A stretch of DNA of 64,000 nucleotides from a virus (taxonomy: Duplodnaviria > Heunggongvirae > Uroviricota > Caudoviricetes): the IMG/VR virus record IMGVR_UViG_3300013383_000019; one strand, written 5' to 3'. The position numbers and the translations under genes are program-made. Under the pieces are notes generated by a model that saw only the letters and a list, made by a program, of their open reading frames with translations, was not told the DNA's origin and searched no databases. Positions 26,031 to 35,847 of this stretch are shown piece after piece. Within the stretch, counting starts at the first letter, position 1; each line of letters starts with the position of its first letter.

Positions 26031-26925
26031 GGATAGAGAGTTCTTTGCGCAGCTGGTGCTTCGAACAGCCGAAGCGAAAGCGATTCTGCCCAGTATTATT
26101 GAAAAGGATTACTATGTGACGGAATACCTGCGTGCGTTTTTTCTGTCGCAGCCTAACGCTGTGTTTAAGGGTGGCACCTCGCTCTCCAAATGCTATCATG
26201 TAATCGATCGTTTTTCAGAGGATATCGACTTGAATATCGATTGCGATGCCCGCCTCTCGGAGGGCCAACGGAAACAGTTGAAACGTAATATTGTGTCTGC
26301 CTTTGCGAAAATCAGTGCCATTCCCACTAATCTTGGAGAAACCCGCAGCCGCAGAGATTTTAATCGTTACCTTGCAGATTATTCTTCTGTTATTGAAGAT
26401 GATTTTCTTCGCCGCAGGCTCATGGTGGAAACGATGGTTTCCATGCGTTCTTTTCCGTGTGAGACAAAGCCGGTTTCCAGTTTTGTCAGCGATTATTTGC
26501 TGGGAAACGGTTTTGAGAACATCGTCTGTCAGCATGGGGCGGGTTCATTTCCAGTGAAGGTACAGGCGATAGAAAGAACCTTTGTCGATAAGACATTCGC
26601 TCTGTGTGATTACTATCTTACCGACCGGGTAGCCGAGCATTCCCGGCATCTTTATGATCTTTATAAGATTTTACCGCTCATACGGTTTGACGATACGTTT
26701 TACACGCTTGTAGAACAGGTAAGAATGGAACGTGCGCCGCACACTGTACGCCCCTCCGCCGCCGTTCGAGGAAGCGCTATCTCTGTCATAAAGGAAATTA
26801 TCGCAAACGCGGCTTATCGTGAAGATTACGAAAAAATAACCATACCACTTCTTTTTACACCTGTTCCCTATGATCTTGCTGTTTCCGTTCTTTCTGACAT
26901 CGTTTCGTCGCATATGTTCTCCTGA
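26020..26925 (+). CDS. AbiEii/AbiGii-family nucleotidyltransferase toxin (DUF1814).
   Basis: KGGTSLSKCYHVIDRFSEDIDL matches the AbiEii signature (KGGTAL..R.SEDlD). Confidence 0.65.
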   Translation: MLHEDREFFAQLVLRTAEAKAILPSIIEKDYYVTEYLRAFFLSQPNAVFKGGTSLSKCYHVIDRFSEDIDLNIDCDARLSEGQRKQLKRNIVSAFAKISAIPTNLGETRSRRDFNRYLADYSSVIEDDFLRRRLMVETMVSMRSFPCETKPVSSFVSDYLLGNGFENIVCQHGAGSFPVKVQAIERTFVDKTFALCDYYLTDRVAEHSRHLYDLYKILPLIRFDDTFYTLVEQVRMERAPHTVRPSAAVRGSAISVIKEIIANAAYREDYEKITIPLLFTPVPYDLAVSVLSDIVSSHMFS

Positions 26926-26926
26926 C

Positions 26927-26950
26927 AGCCCCTCCGGGGCTTTTCTTTTG
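26927..26950 (+). terminator. Rho-independent terminator.
   Basis: agcccc-tcc-ggggct followed by tttctttt. Confidence 0.6.
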
Positions 26951-27015
26951 CCCTCAGTTCAAAAAGAAAGGAGGTTCACTCTTCCCTTATTTCAACCCAT
27001 AAGGAGTCCTGACAA

Positions 27016-27630
27016 ATGAATAAACTTCCCGTGCATATCAGCGCCGGCAACACGAAGATGGGAGCGATCCCGTCTTTTTCTTTACCCTCCGGCGCGTCCT
27101 GTTCCTCTTCCGCCTGCAAAACCTGCTTCTGCGAAGGCTGCTATGCCCGCAAGCTGGAACGCCTCCGCCCCAGCGTCCGCAACGCCTATGCGGAAAACTT
27201 CTCCCTCGCTCAAGAGGATCTCCCCGCCCTTGAAGCCTATCTCGCCTGGTATTTTGATTCCCCTAACGCCCCGCGTATGTTCCGTATTCATGTCTCCGGC
27301 GATTTCTTCTCCCGCGAATATCTCGATATGTGGCTGCGCGTTATTCGTTCTCATCCCGGCACCAAGTTTCTTGCCTTCACTAAGCGGTACGACCTCTTCG
27401 CCGCAATCGATCGCGAAACCCTCCCCGAAAATTTCCGTCTCGTGCTCAGCGCGTGGCCGGGCGTCGAAATGCCTAGTGCATTGCTGGGTTATTATCCCGT
27501 CGCCTTTATGCAGGATGGGCGCGAAACCCGCGTCACCGCTGACGCCATGCCCTGCAGCGGCAATTGTTCCGCCTGTGCCAAGTGCTGGGATCTTGCCGGC
27601 GGCCAGTCCGTCGTCTTCCATAAGCACTGA
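27016..27630 (+). CDS. Cys-rich hypothetical protein, 204 aa (CSSSACKTCFCEGCYA; C-terminal CSGNCSACAKC).
   Basis: Track ORF with RBS aaggag. Confidence 0.5.
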   Translation: MNKLPVHISAGNTKMGAIPSFSLPSGASCSSSACKTCFCEGCYARKLERLRPSVRNAYAENFSLAQEDLPALEAYLAWYFDSPNAPRMFRIHVSGDFFSREYLDMWLRVIRSHPGTKFLAFTKRYDLFAAIDRETLPENFRLVLSAWPGVEMPSALLGYYPVAFMQDGRETRVTADAMPCSGNCSACAKCWDLAGGQSVVFHKH

Positions 27631-27714
27631 GCAAAACTGTCAAAAATAGCCCGTCCCCGCCGCGAATTTTTGACGCGGCGTTAAATAAATAAGAACGTTC
27701 GTTCGCATTTCCTC

Positions 27715-27743
27715 TTGACAATTCCTTCCGCGTCGGGTATCAT
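27715..27743 (+). promoter_or_regulatory. Sigma70-type promoter: TTGACA, 17 bp spacer, TATCAT.
   Basis: Consensus boxes 27 nt upstream of the ATG at 27770. Confidence 0.55.
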
Positions 27744-27769
27744 ATGTCGCAGAAACGAGGTGTTTAATT

Positions 27770-28015
27770 ATGTGTGACAAAATCAAAAACCCACGCGGTG
27801 CCGGCCGCAAAACCCTTGGGGCGGAACCCCGCAGCGAACGCGTTCATCTCCGGCTCGAGCCCTGGATTGTTCATCGCGTCGATTCCCTCTGCCGGCAGGC
27901 GGGGGTTACCAGATCGGAAGCAATCCGGCAGGCAATTCTCTTCTATCTTTCCGAAACCGAAAAACAATTAGGAGGACAAAATTATTATGATGAATCAGAA
28001 TCCCGAAATCTTTGA
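27770..28015 (+). CDS. Ribbon-helix-helix (CopG/Arc-like) DNA-binding protein, 81 aa.
   Basis: RGAGRK..RVHLRLEPWIVHRVDSLCRQAGVTRSEAIRQAI. Confidence 0.55.
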   Translation: MCDKIKNPRGAGRKTLGAEPRSERVHLRLEPWIVHRVDSLCRQAGVTRSEAIRQAILFYLSETEKQLGGQNYYDESESRNL

Positions 28016-28208
28016 AACGAATAACTTCGCCCTCGAAACCTTCATCCACGTCCACGATATTCGCTATGAGAACTCCTATAAGGATGAGTTCGGCACGCGT
28101 TACTGGCGCTATCTGCGCACGCCCCGGCTGAATGAGGTCGTTGAGGAATATAAACAGATCGTCGCCGCGCGCAGAAGGAGGGAGCAGGGAAATGTACAGG
28201 CTGGTTGA
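27987..28208 (+). CDS. Hypothetical protein, 73 aa.
   Basis: RBS ggaggacaaaattatt; overlaps its neighbours. Confidence 0.4.
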   Translation: MMNQNPEIFETNNFALETFIHVHDIRYENSYKDEFGTRYWRYLRTPRLNEVVEEYKQIVAARRRREQGNVQAG

Positions 28209-29088
28209 ACGCTATGCCGCGAGCTATAAGGCCGGCGGCGCTTCGGACGTTTCAGCGGCGCATTGCGCCGAGGTTCTGAACCGTATCCTCCGGCAGCTGG
28301 AGCGGGATTACGGCGTGCAGGTCGGGGAAAATAAGCTCTCCGGCCTTACGCCCGCCGTGCTGGATGATTATTATAATCAGCTTGCCGCCCGCTGCAAGAT
28401 GACCACGCGTAACAATTACGTTTGCATGCTCAACCCGTTCTTCCGCTGGGCGTGGAAGGTCGCGCAGGCCATCCCGGAAGATCTCAGCGGCGTGCTGACT
28501 ACGCATAAGCTTCCGAACGAGAAGGCCGTCCCAAAGTGGGAGCGCAAGGAAAAGTACATGACCGTCCAGCAGACATGCAAGCTGCTCGGCGATATGCCCG
28601 GCCGCAATAAACTGCGCGATCGCGCCATCTGCACGCTTATTCTGGAATCCGGCATGCGCGTGAGCGAGCTGTGCGCCCTGACCATCGGCGATGTGCTCGA
28701 CGGCGAGCGCGGCAAAATCTACTGCAAACGCAAGGGCGGCAACTGGGAGGATGTTTACGTCAAGGATTCGTTTTACGATGTGCTCGACGCGTATCTTCAA
28801 ACCCGCTCCGACGCGGGCGATCATTCCCGCCCGCTCTTTCTTTCCACGCACGGCCGGCCGATGAACCGGAAGACTGTTTACGGCGCGCTCGCCTTCAAGC
28901 AGAAGCAGCTCAGCCTCGCCACAGGGCCTCATTGCTTGCGGCATACCTTCATCTCCGAGGTCGAAAAGCGCAACGGCGCAGGCGTGGCGAGGGATTGCGC
29001 TAATCATTCCTCCCTGCGCGTTACGAATCGGTATGATCACTCCCATCCCGAGCAGCTCGCGAGGGCTGTGAATACGCTGCCGTGGTGA
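28192..29088 (+). CDS. Tyrosine site-specific recombinase (phage integrase or XerC/D-like).
   Basis: RDRAICTLILESGMRVSELCALTIGDV, HCLRHTF and RVTNRYDH are the Arg-His-Arg-Tyr catalytic motifs; RBS agaaggaggg. Confidence 0.8.
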   Translation: MYRLVERYAASYKAGGASDVSAAHCAEVLNRILRQLERDYGVQVGENKLSGLTPAVLDDYYNQLAARCKMTTRNNYVCMLNPFFRWAWKVAQAIPEDLSGVLTTHKLPNEKAVPKWERKEKYMTVQQTCKLLGDMPGRNKLRDRAICTLILESGMRVSELCALTIGDVLDGERGKIYCKRKGGNWEDVYVKDSFYDVLDAYLQTRSDAGDHSRPLFLSTHGRPMNRKTVYGALAFKQKQLSLATGPHCLRHTFISEVEKRNGAGVARDCANHSSLRVTNRYDHSHPEQLARAVNTLPW

Positions 29089-29138
29089 AATAAAAATTTT
29101 TTCAAAGAAAATTTTCGAAAACTGAAAAAACAGCGCCA

Positions 29139-29158
29139 AAAATGTTCCCTTTATTATT
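29139..29158 (+). promoter_or_regulatory. Conserved phage promoter motif, copy 3 of 5.
   Basis: aaaatgttccctttattatt about 35 nt upstream of the TTG start at 29192. Confidence 0.55.
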
Positions 29159-29191
29159 GAAAAACAAAATTCGAGAAGGGGGTATTTTACC

Positions 29192-30226
29192 TTGGCAATC
29201 AGTAAAGCGAGAAAATCGCAGGTGCGCATCAAGCTTGGCATCGGCGGCATCTCCGGCAGCGGCAAAACGATGAGCTCTCTCCTGCTCGCCTATGGTCTTG
29301 TCCACGCCGATCATCCCGATTGGCCGGACGCGCAGGTTTGGGATAGAATCTGCGTCGTCGATACCGAAAACCGCTCCGCCAATCTGTTCGTCGATGAGCA
29401 GGTCGGCAATGTGCGAATCGGAGAGTTCTGCAAAATCGATATCACTCCGCCCTTCGGGCCTCAGAAATACATTGACGCGATTGACGAAGCGCAGCGCGCC
29501 GGCATGGAATTTCTCATCATTGATTCGCTCACCCATGCATGGACAGGCGAAGGCGGCTTGCTTGAAATGCAGGCCAACGCGGCAAAGCGCAGCGGCAACA
29601 GCTACACCGCCTGGCGGGATGTCACTCCGCTGCATAATAAACTCATTGATAAAATCCTTCAGTGCGATATGCACGTCATCATCACTGCGCGTTCCAAGAA
29701 AGAGTACGCCATGGAAGAAGAGAATGGCCGCAAGAAGGTCGTCCAGAAAGGTATGGGCATTCAATTCCGCGATGGGCTGGAATATGAAGTCACCACCTTC
29801 TTCGAGCTTGATCAGGCGCATCAGGCATGCGCCACGAAGGATCGTACCCGCCTGTTCGACGGCCAGTATTTCGTCATCACGCCCGAAGTCGGCGCGAAGA
29901 TTCATGGTTGGCTGGCCGGCGCAAAGCCGGAAGCTGTAACGGCACCCATTGAGCGTGCTGTGAAGGCTCCCGTTTCCGAACCGATGCCCGCCGCCGCATC
30001 CCCAATGGATGAATCGCAGCTCCCCTTCAGCGAGCCGCCCGCCCCCATCCCCGCTTCGGCTGTCACGCCGGAAATGGTAGATGCTGTCATCAAGGCCGCT
30101 TCAAAAACGATGGAACGCGCCGATTTGCTGGCAAAAGTCAAATCGATCACCGGCGGCACCGCGAATTATCGTACCATTAAAGATCAGGCTACGCTCGACG
30201 CGCTTTACGCCGCGTTTGCCGCCTGA
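29192..30226 (+). CDS. Sak4-like RecA-fold single-strand annealing or recombination ATPase.
   Basis: Walker A GISGSGKT; Sak4-like size; followed by an SSB gene; TTG start with RBS gagaaggggg. Confidence 0.6.
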   Translation: MAISKARKSQVRIKLGIGGISGSGKTMSSLLLAYGLVHADHPDWPDAQVWDRICVVDTENRSANLFVDEQVGNVRIGEFCKIDITPPFGPQKYIDAIDEAQRAGMEFLIIDSLTHAWTGEGGLLEMQANAAKRSGNSYTAWRDVTPLHNKLIDKILQCDMHVIITARSKKEYAMEEENGRKKVVQKGMGIQFRDGLEYEVTTFFELDQAHQACATKDRTRLFDGQYFVITPEVGAKIHGWLAGAKPEAVTAPIERAVKAPVSEPMPAAASPMDESQLPFSEPPAPIPASAVTPEMVDAVIKAASKTMERADLLAKVKSITGGTANYRTIKDQATLDALYAAFAA

Positions 30227-30243
30227 GAAAGGGAGGAAAAGCA

Positions 30244-30747
30244 TTGAGTCTTCATAGAACTGAAATCATCGGCCGTCTTACGGCTGATCCTGAAAACCGC
30301 ATGGTCGGCGAAAATATGGTCACCAACTTTAACGTGGCCGTCGACCCCGATTATCAGCCCCGCAACGGCGAAGAAAAAGCCGCGACCTTTTATCGCGTCG
30401 CCGTCTGGGGCAAGCAGGCCGACGCCTGTGCTAAGTATCTCCATAAAGGCGATCCCGTCTATTGTGATGGCGAGCCGAGCGTCCGTTCCTATCAGGGGCG
30501 AGATGGCACAATGAAATTCTCCCTCGAGCTCCGCGCCGGCAAGGTGCAGTTCCTCTCATCTAAGAAGGATGCGCAGGCCGCCGCACCAGTTCAGCCTCAG
30601 CCCCAGCCTTACGGATACGCTCCGCCCGCTCCGGCTTATGCCCCCGCTCAGCCTGTCCCCGCTTATAATAATTACGCTGTGCAGCCTCCTGTCGCGCCCG
30701 CTGCCGCTTCCGCCAATCGTTTCAATGAGGATGATCTTCCCTTTTAA
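30244..30747 (+). CDS. ssb: Single-stranded DNA-binding protein.
   Basis: OB-fold N-terminus, a Gln/Pro-rich linker and the C-terminal acidic tail EDDLPF; TTG start with RBS gggagg. Confidence 0.8.
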   Translation: MSLHRTEIIGRLTADPENRMVGENMVTNFNVAVDPDYQPRNGEEKAATFYRVAVWGKQADACAKYLHKGDPVYCDGEPSVRSYQGRDGTMKFSLELRAGKVQFLSSKKDAQAAAPVQPQPQPYGYAPPAPAYAPAQPVPAYNNYAVQPPVAPAAASANRFNEDDLPF

Positions 30748-30825
30748 CTTTTCTCCTCATCCCGTAATTTCGTAAATCGCCCATAGAAAACGTTTATATC
30801 AGGCTGCTGGCAGAAAGGATGCCGA

Positions 30826-31377
30826 ATGAATCTTTCTCCCAGCCAGGAAGATCAGATTTTTCGTTCCTGTATAAATCTGGTCTGGTCAGCTGTCCATCAG
30901 TTTAGACGCCGCAATGATAAAAATTATAGCGCCTGCGCGGAGGATCTCTTTCAGGAAGCGTCCATTGTTATGCTGGAGCATATCCGCCGCAGCCCCGATA
31001 TTGAAACGGCGCGCAAAGCCCCGCTTCTTGATATGACGAACGCAATGTGCCGCTACCTGATGGAGATGAATGTCGTCCATATCCCCAAGCGCACGACTGA
31101 TTTCACAAAAACCATTTCCTATCCCGTTGATTCGTCGATTATGTTCGATGGGCTGGATTATTATGCCAAAGAAGGCTCTACTGCGGAAGATATCGAGACA
31201 CAGGCTGATTTCGATATCTTCCTCGGCACCCTTTCCAAGCCTGAAAGAATACTTGTCCAGCAGAAAATGAACGGTGCCACCACGCGCGATGCGGGGCGTG
31301 CCGCCGGCTTTGGCGATGCTACGGCCATGCGCACCCTGCAGCGTATCCGAAAAAAATATGCGGCGTTCGCCGCCTGA
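30826..31377 (+). CDS. Sigma-70-family (region 2 and region 4) sigma-factor-like protein.
   Basis: Region 2-like NLVWSAVHQF and a region 4 HTH ERILVQQKMNGATTRDAGRAAGFGDATAMRTLQRIRKK. Confidence 0.55.
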   Translation: MNLSPSQEDQIFRSCINLVWSAVHQFRRRNDKNYSACAEDLFQEASIVMLEHIRRSPDIETARKAPLLDMTNAMCRYLMEMNVVHIPKRTTDFTKTISYPVDSSIMFDGLDYYAKEGSTAEDIETQADFDIFLGTLSKPERILVQQKMNGATTRDAGRAAGFGDATAMRTLQRIRKKYAAFAA

Positions 31378-31388
31378 AAGAGGTTTCA

Positions 31389-32903
31389 ATGGCTGTTAAT
31401 TTTTATGATAAGATGAATGAAACGCTCGTGAATGGTTCGGCGAACGTTTCTTATACCGATAACGGCGCGAAGGTTTATCGCACCAGCGGCCATGCCCTGC
31501 TTGATCTGAATTTTGCCGTCTCCTCTCTGCGGGAAGCGCCTGAAGAGAAGATCGAAACGATGTTTGCCGCCGCCTGTGCGGAAGATATAGCCGCGGCGAT
31601 CGTCTGGCTCTTCTTTGCCCGCGATTGCCGGCAGGGTATGGGAGAACGGCGGCTCTTTCGCGTCTGCGCCCGCTATCTGGCGCGCGAGTTTCCTTATGCC
31701 CTGATGCGCCTGCTCCCGCTTTTCGCGGAGTATGGCCGCTGGGACGATTTGTTTACCCTGCTCGATACGCAGCTCGCTTCTTCCGTTCTCGATATCCTTG
31801 CCGATCAGATGCGGCAGGATACGGCGGATATGCTGCAAAAGCGGCCGATTTCGCTCCTTGCCAAATGGCTTCCATCCGAAAAGAGCCGCGTCCCCTCCCA
31901 TCGCGAAGCCGCAAAATTGCTGGCCGCAAAGTTTCACGTCACGCCGCGCAATTATCGCCGCGCCGTCGCAAAGCTGCGCCGCTATCTGGATGTTATCGAG
32001 CTGAAAATATCAGCCGGCGAGTGGGGGCAAATCAATTATAATACCGTCCCCTCCCGCGCGAATTTGATTTATCGCAAGGCGTTCCTTAAGCATGATGAAG
32101 ATCGCCGGCAGCAATATCTGGAAGATCTCAAGGCTGGCGTGAAGGATGTCAAGATTAATTCCTCCGTCCTCATGCCGCATGAAATCGCCGCAAAATATGA
32201 CGAAGGTGAACGGCGTGTGGACGACGCGCTTGAAGCGCTCTGGCGGGCGCTCCCTGATACCGTCCCCGATGGAGCGGAAACCATCGTCGTCGCCGATGGC
32301 AGCGGCAGTATGACGTGCGGTTTGAAAGCCGGCGGTGTTCAGCCGCTCGATATCGCGCACGGTCTGGCGATTTATTTTGCCGAACGGCTGCATGGCGTTT
32401 ACCGTAATCGCTATATCACCTTCTCCGTGCGTCCTCAGCTGGTCGATCTTTCCGGCGCGAGCACGCTGCTGTCCAAGCTGCGCATTGCCCGCCGGCATGA
32501 TGAATGTTCGAATACGAATATCGAGGCTGTGTTTGATCTTATCCTTGATACGGCGGTTCAAAATAAGCTCAGGCAGGAAGAGCTTCCGAAAAATATCCTC
32601 ATCATTTCCGATATGCAGTTCGACGCCGGGTGTTATCCGCACTTCAATCGCAGTCTGTTCGATGAGGTGAAGGAGAAGTACGATTTTTATGGTTATTCCC
32701 TGCCCCGCCTGGTCTTTTGGAATGTTTGCGGCCGCACCGATACCATTCCCGTCAGGGAAAATGATTTCGGCGTCGCGCTCGTTTCCGGTTTCTCGCCTAA
32801 CATTGCAAAGATGGTCATGTCCGGCACGCTCGATCCCTATCAGTGCCTCATGGAGCAGCTGCGCAGCGATCGTTACCTGCTTGTTTGGGAGGCGCTCAAG
32901 TGA
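31389..32903 (+). CDS. Large DUF2828-like (vWA/TROVE-like) phage protein, 504 aa.
   Basis: Size and N-terminal pattern (..NGA..Y..SG.ALLDL..) are typical of DUF2828 phage proteins; the family assignment is tentative. Confidence 0.45.
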   Translation: MAVNFYDKMNETLVNGSANVSYTDNGAKVYRTSGHALLDLNFAVSSLREAPEEKIETMFAAACAEDIAAAIVWLFFARDCRQGMGERRLFRVCARYLAREFPYALMRLLPLFAEYGRWDDLFTLLDTQLASSVLDILADQMRQDTADMLQKRPISLLAKWLPSEKSRVPSHREAAKLLAAKFHVTPRNYRRAVAKLRRYLDVIELKISAGEWGQINYNTVPSRANLIYRKAFLKHDEDRRQQYLEDLKAGVKDVKINSSVLMPHEIAAKYDEGERRVDDALEALWRALPDTVPDGAETIVVADGSGSMTCGLKAGGVQPLDIAHGLAIYFAERLHGVYRNRYITFSVRPQLVDLSGASTLLSKLRIARRHDECSNTNIEAVFDLILDTAVQNKLRQEELPKNILIISDMQFDAGCYPHFNRSLFDEVKEKYDFYGYSLPRLVFWNVCGRTDTIPVRENDFGVALVSGFSPNIAKMVMSGTLDPYQCLMEQLRSDRYLLVWEALK

Positions 32904-32904
32904 T

Positions 32905-33414
32905 ATGGGGAAAAAGCTCAAATATAAACCGCTTTCGCAGCGGATTGTGAAGGATATCCTGAATTCAAACCCGGAGCAGCCGCCGTCAGCTTCCGCATCC
33001 CCCGCTCCTGCCCCCGTGCTCAGGTTATATCGCAAGCAGGAGTACGATACCCTCCAACCGGTCGATCAGATTCGCGCCTTTCTCGATTTCGCCCGCTCCG
33101 CCGTCACCCGCTATGAGGAAAACGAGCGCCGCTGGCAGGAGTTCGATCAGGAAACGCAGGATCTTCTCCATGTTATCGAGCTGTCTGATAATCTGAACGC
33201 CTCCAAAGGCTATGATATGTATAGGCGGCTGGCCGCTGTCCGCCGGGAACGCCGGCAGTGTAAAAACGAAATGGACCTGCTCAAGCCGGTTTATGATTTC
33301 TTCGCCGATAAGCAGGCCATTAACCAGCTTGCGCAGGTGCAGGGCAAATGCCGCGCCTGTAAAGAGTTGGTCGATAGCCGCAGCTATACTCTCCGAACGA
33401 ATGTGATGGATTGA
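32905..33414 (+). CDS. Hypothetical protein, 169 aa.
   Basis: In frame with the end of track ORF 32689..33414. Confidence 0.45.
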   Translation: MGKKLKYKPLSQRIVKDILNSNPEQPPSASASPAPAPVLRLYRKQEYDTLQPVDQIRAFLDFARSAVTRYEENERRWQEFDQETQDLLHVIELSDNLNASKGYDMYRRLAAVRRERRQCKNEMDLLKPVYDFFADKQAINQLAQVQGKCRACKELVDSRSYTLRTNVMD

Positions 33415-33415
33415 T

Positions 33416-35245
33416 ATGAATAACAGAGATCAGATGATCCGGTTCGCGGATCAGTATCTCGGCAATTTTAAGGTGAAACCCAAGCAGGATGGGGGCGAAG
33501 AAATCGTCCCGGAGTATTGCCCCTTCTGTCACGGCGGGGATAACGGGGATAAGGAAACCTTCGCGCTTTCCATCGATAAAGGGGTGTTTGTCTGCAAGCG
33601 CGGCACCTGCGGCAAGCGCGGGCACTTTGACGAGCTGGCCGAATTCTTCGGCGATACCAATGCCGCCCGCTCCGCTCGCTCCTCCAGCTTCGCCAAGCAA
33701 AAGCCTAAAGCGTGGAAACTCCCCGATACGCATCTCAACCCGCCCACGGAAGCGATCTATCAGTATTTTGAGAAGCGCTGCATCAGCCGCGAAACGGTCG
33801 ACGCCTTCAAAATTCAGTCCGACGACGCCGGCATGATCGTCTTCCCTTTTTATGAAAACGGCGTCAATGTCTTTGAGAAGTTCCGCCGGCCGTGGAAGCC
33901 GAAAGAGGGTGAAAAAGGAAAGGAGTGGCGCGCCCCCGGCACAAAGGCTGTTCTCTTCGGGATGGATATGTGCTCCTTCGCCCAGCCGCTCGTCATCACG
34001 GAAGGCCAGCTGGACGCCATGTCGCTTTATGAGGCCGGCGTCACCAACGTCGTTTCCGTCCCCTCCGGCTGCGAGGATTTCAGCTGGATTGAAAACTGCT
34101 GGGACTGGCTGGAAAAATTCAAGCGAATCGTTCTCTTTGGTGATAACGATGATCCCGGCCGCAAGATGGTTCAGCAGGTGGCCAAGCGGCTGGACGAGTC
34201 GCGGTGCGCTATCGTTGAGGATTATCCCTACTGGGAAGACCGCGGCAAGGAATGTAAGGATGCGAACGAAATTCTCTTTGCGTTGGGTCCATTCGAACTG
34301 GTCGATATGGTCGAGAACGCCCGACAGGTTCCCATCAAGGGTTTGCTCGATCTCGGCACCGTCACCCCGTATGACCCGACGACCGTTCCCCGAATCAAGA
34401 CGATGATCCCCGCGTTGGACGCGGCGATTGGTGGCTTGGTTGAGGGCGGGCTTACGGTTTTTACAGGTGACGCGGGCGGCGGAAAATCCACGCTAACGGG
34501 CTTGCTTCTTCTCAATGCAATCGAGCAAGGACACAATGTCTGCGCTTATTCGGGGGAGCTCCGTAAAGAAAAATTTCAGGAATGGATCAACCTCCAGTGC
34601 GCCGGTTCCGATTATATCGGTCTGAAATATGATTCCGTCCGCAGCAAACAGGTGCCTTCTCTCAGCTGGCAGGTTCAGCAGCGGCTTTCGGAATATTACG
34701 GCGGCAAGTTTTTTCTCTTCGATAATAACGAAATCTTCGAGCATAATCAGGCGGAATCCATTCTCGAAGTGTTTACCATGGCGGTTCGCCGCTATGGCTG
34801 CAAGCTTTTTCTTGTCGATAACCTGATGACTTCTCTCTCTGACGTCGATGAGGAAACCCGTGCGCAGGGCAAGTTTATCGGCGCGCTCAAAAAGTTTGCC
34901 GTTCGTTTTTCAGTCCATGTGCTGGCCGTTTGTCACCCGCGCAAGCGTAAAGCGGGCGAACAATTTGGGAAATTTGATGTCGCCGGTTCTTCACAGATCG
35001 TCAACCTTGCAGATTCCGCCATCGTTGTTGAGCGCCCGAATTTGCGCATCATCAAAAACCGCGAAGGCGGCATCGAAAAACTCATCGAGTGCTGTTATTG
35101 CGGCGATAGCCGCCGCATCTATCAGGCCGATAAAGGCGATCTGAATAATTTCAGCTGGAATAAGGAGGGAGTGCAGAAGCCTGACCCGCGCGCCGATTCC
35201 ATGCCGGAGTATGGCATCATGCTGGCTCAGACATTGCCGTTCTAA
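33416..35245 (+). CDS. Bifunctional DNA primase-helicase (Zn-ribbon, Toprim and DnaB/RepA-like helicase).
   Basis: CPFCHGGDNGDK..CKRGTCGKRGH zinc ribbon; Toprim VITEGQLDAMS..LFGDNDDPGRK; Walker A GDAGGGKST and Walker B LFLVDNLM. Confidence 0.8.
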   Translation: MNNRDQMIRFADQYLGNFKVKPKQDGGEEIVPEYCPFCHGGDNGDKETFALSIDKGVFVCKRGTCGKRGHFDELAEFFGDTNAARSARSSSFAKQKPKAWKLPDTHLNPPTEAIYQYFEKRCISRETVDAFKIQSDDAGMIVFPFYENGVNVFEKFRRPWKPKEGEKGKEWRAPGTKAVLFGMDMCSFAQPLVITEGQLDAMSLYEAGVTNVVSVPSGCEDFSWIENCWDWLEKFKRIVLFGDNDDPGRKMVQQVAKRLDESRCAIVEDYPYWEDRGKECKDANEILFALGPFELVDMVENARQVPIKGLLDLGTVTPYDPTTVPRIKTMIPALDAAIGGLVEGGLTVFTGDAGGGKSTLTGLLLLNAIEQGHNVCAYSGELRKEKFQEWINLQCAGSDYIGLKYDSVRSKQVPSLSWQVQQRLSEYYGGKFFLFDNNEIFEHNQAESILEVFTMAVRRYGCKLFLVDNLMTSLSDVDEETRAQGKFIGALKKFAVRFSVHVLAVCHPRKRKAGEQFGKFDVAGSSQIVNLADSAIVVERPNLRIIKNREGGIEKLIECCYCGDSRRIYQADKGDLNNFSWNKEGVQKPDPRADSMPEYGIMLAQTLPF

Positions 35246-35847
35246 TGAGAAAGAAAATTCGTCCGCCGCTCACTGATGCGCAGCGCGCCTTCCTCGAGCG
35301 GAATTATGGGCTGCTTGTCCTCTATGCTTCAAAGCTCGCACGCTACCGGCGGGATTTGGGGTTCGATGATTCGCTTGGGCTCGTCCATCTTGTTGCGGTT
35401 TACGCCGTGCAGAGCTATGTCCCCGGCAAATGCGCCTGGTCGACTTATCTCTGGCATCAGGTTCGCAGCGAGCTCTCCCATCTTAACGCGCACAATAACA
35501 CGCAGTCCCGTAAACCAGAGAGTGGCGTCGGTTTTCTTTCCGATATGATGATCGACTATTATCTCCCCGGCGATCAGCGCTGTATCACCGATGCAGACGC
35601 CTTTATGGATGCGCAGCGCATCGTTTCTTATATGAAATCCATTGTCGGCGAGGATGCGGCACGGCTATATCTGCGTTATCATATAGCCGGCAAAACCTGT
35701 CAGTCGCTCGGTGACGAGCTCGGGCTCAGCCGCCAACGCGTTCAGCAGCGCGTCGCGGAAACGGGCGCGCGAATTCGGACAAAATTAATGGAGGGAAAAC
35801 AATGGCTAGGTATCGCAGATGGGATCGTGGGGTCGTCTCCACATTGA
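35245..35847 (+). CDS. Second sigma-70-family sigma-factor-like protein.
   Basis: Region 2-like LGLVHLVAVYAVQSY and a region 4 HTH SLGDELGLSRQRVQQRVAETGARIRTKL. Confidence 0.55.
   Translation: MRKKIRPPLTDAQRAFLERNYGLLVLYASKLARYRRDLGFDDSLGLVHLVAVYAVQSYVPGKCAWSTYLWHQVRSELSHLNAHNNTQSRKPESGVGFLSDMMIDYYLPGDQRCITDADAFMDAQRIVSYMKSIVGEDAARLYLRYHIAGKTCQSLGDELGLSRQRVQQRVAETGARIRTKLMEGKQWLGIADGIVGSSPH

Noticed and set aside
27638-27690. Rho-independent terminator after ORF 27016..27630.
   Set aside because: The hairpin gccgcg..cgcggc has its T-run inside the loop rather than 3' of the stem, so it was not called.
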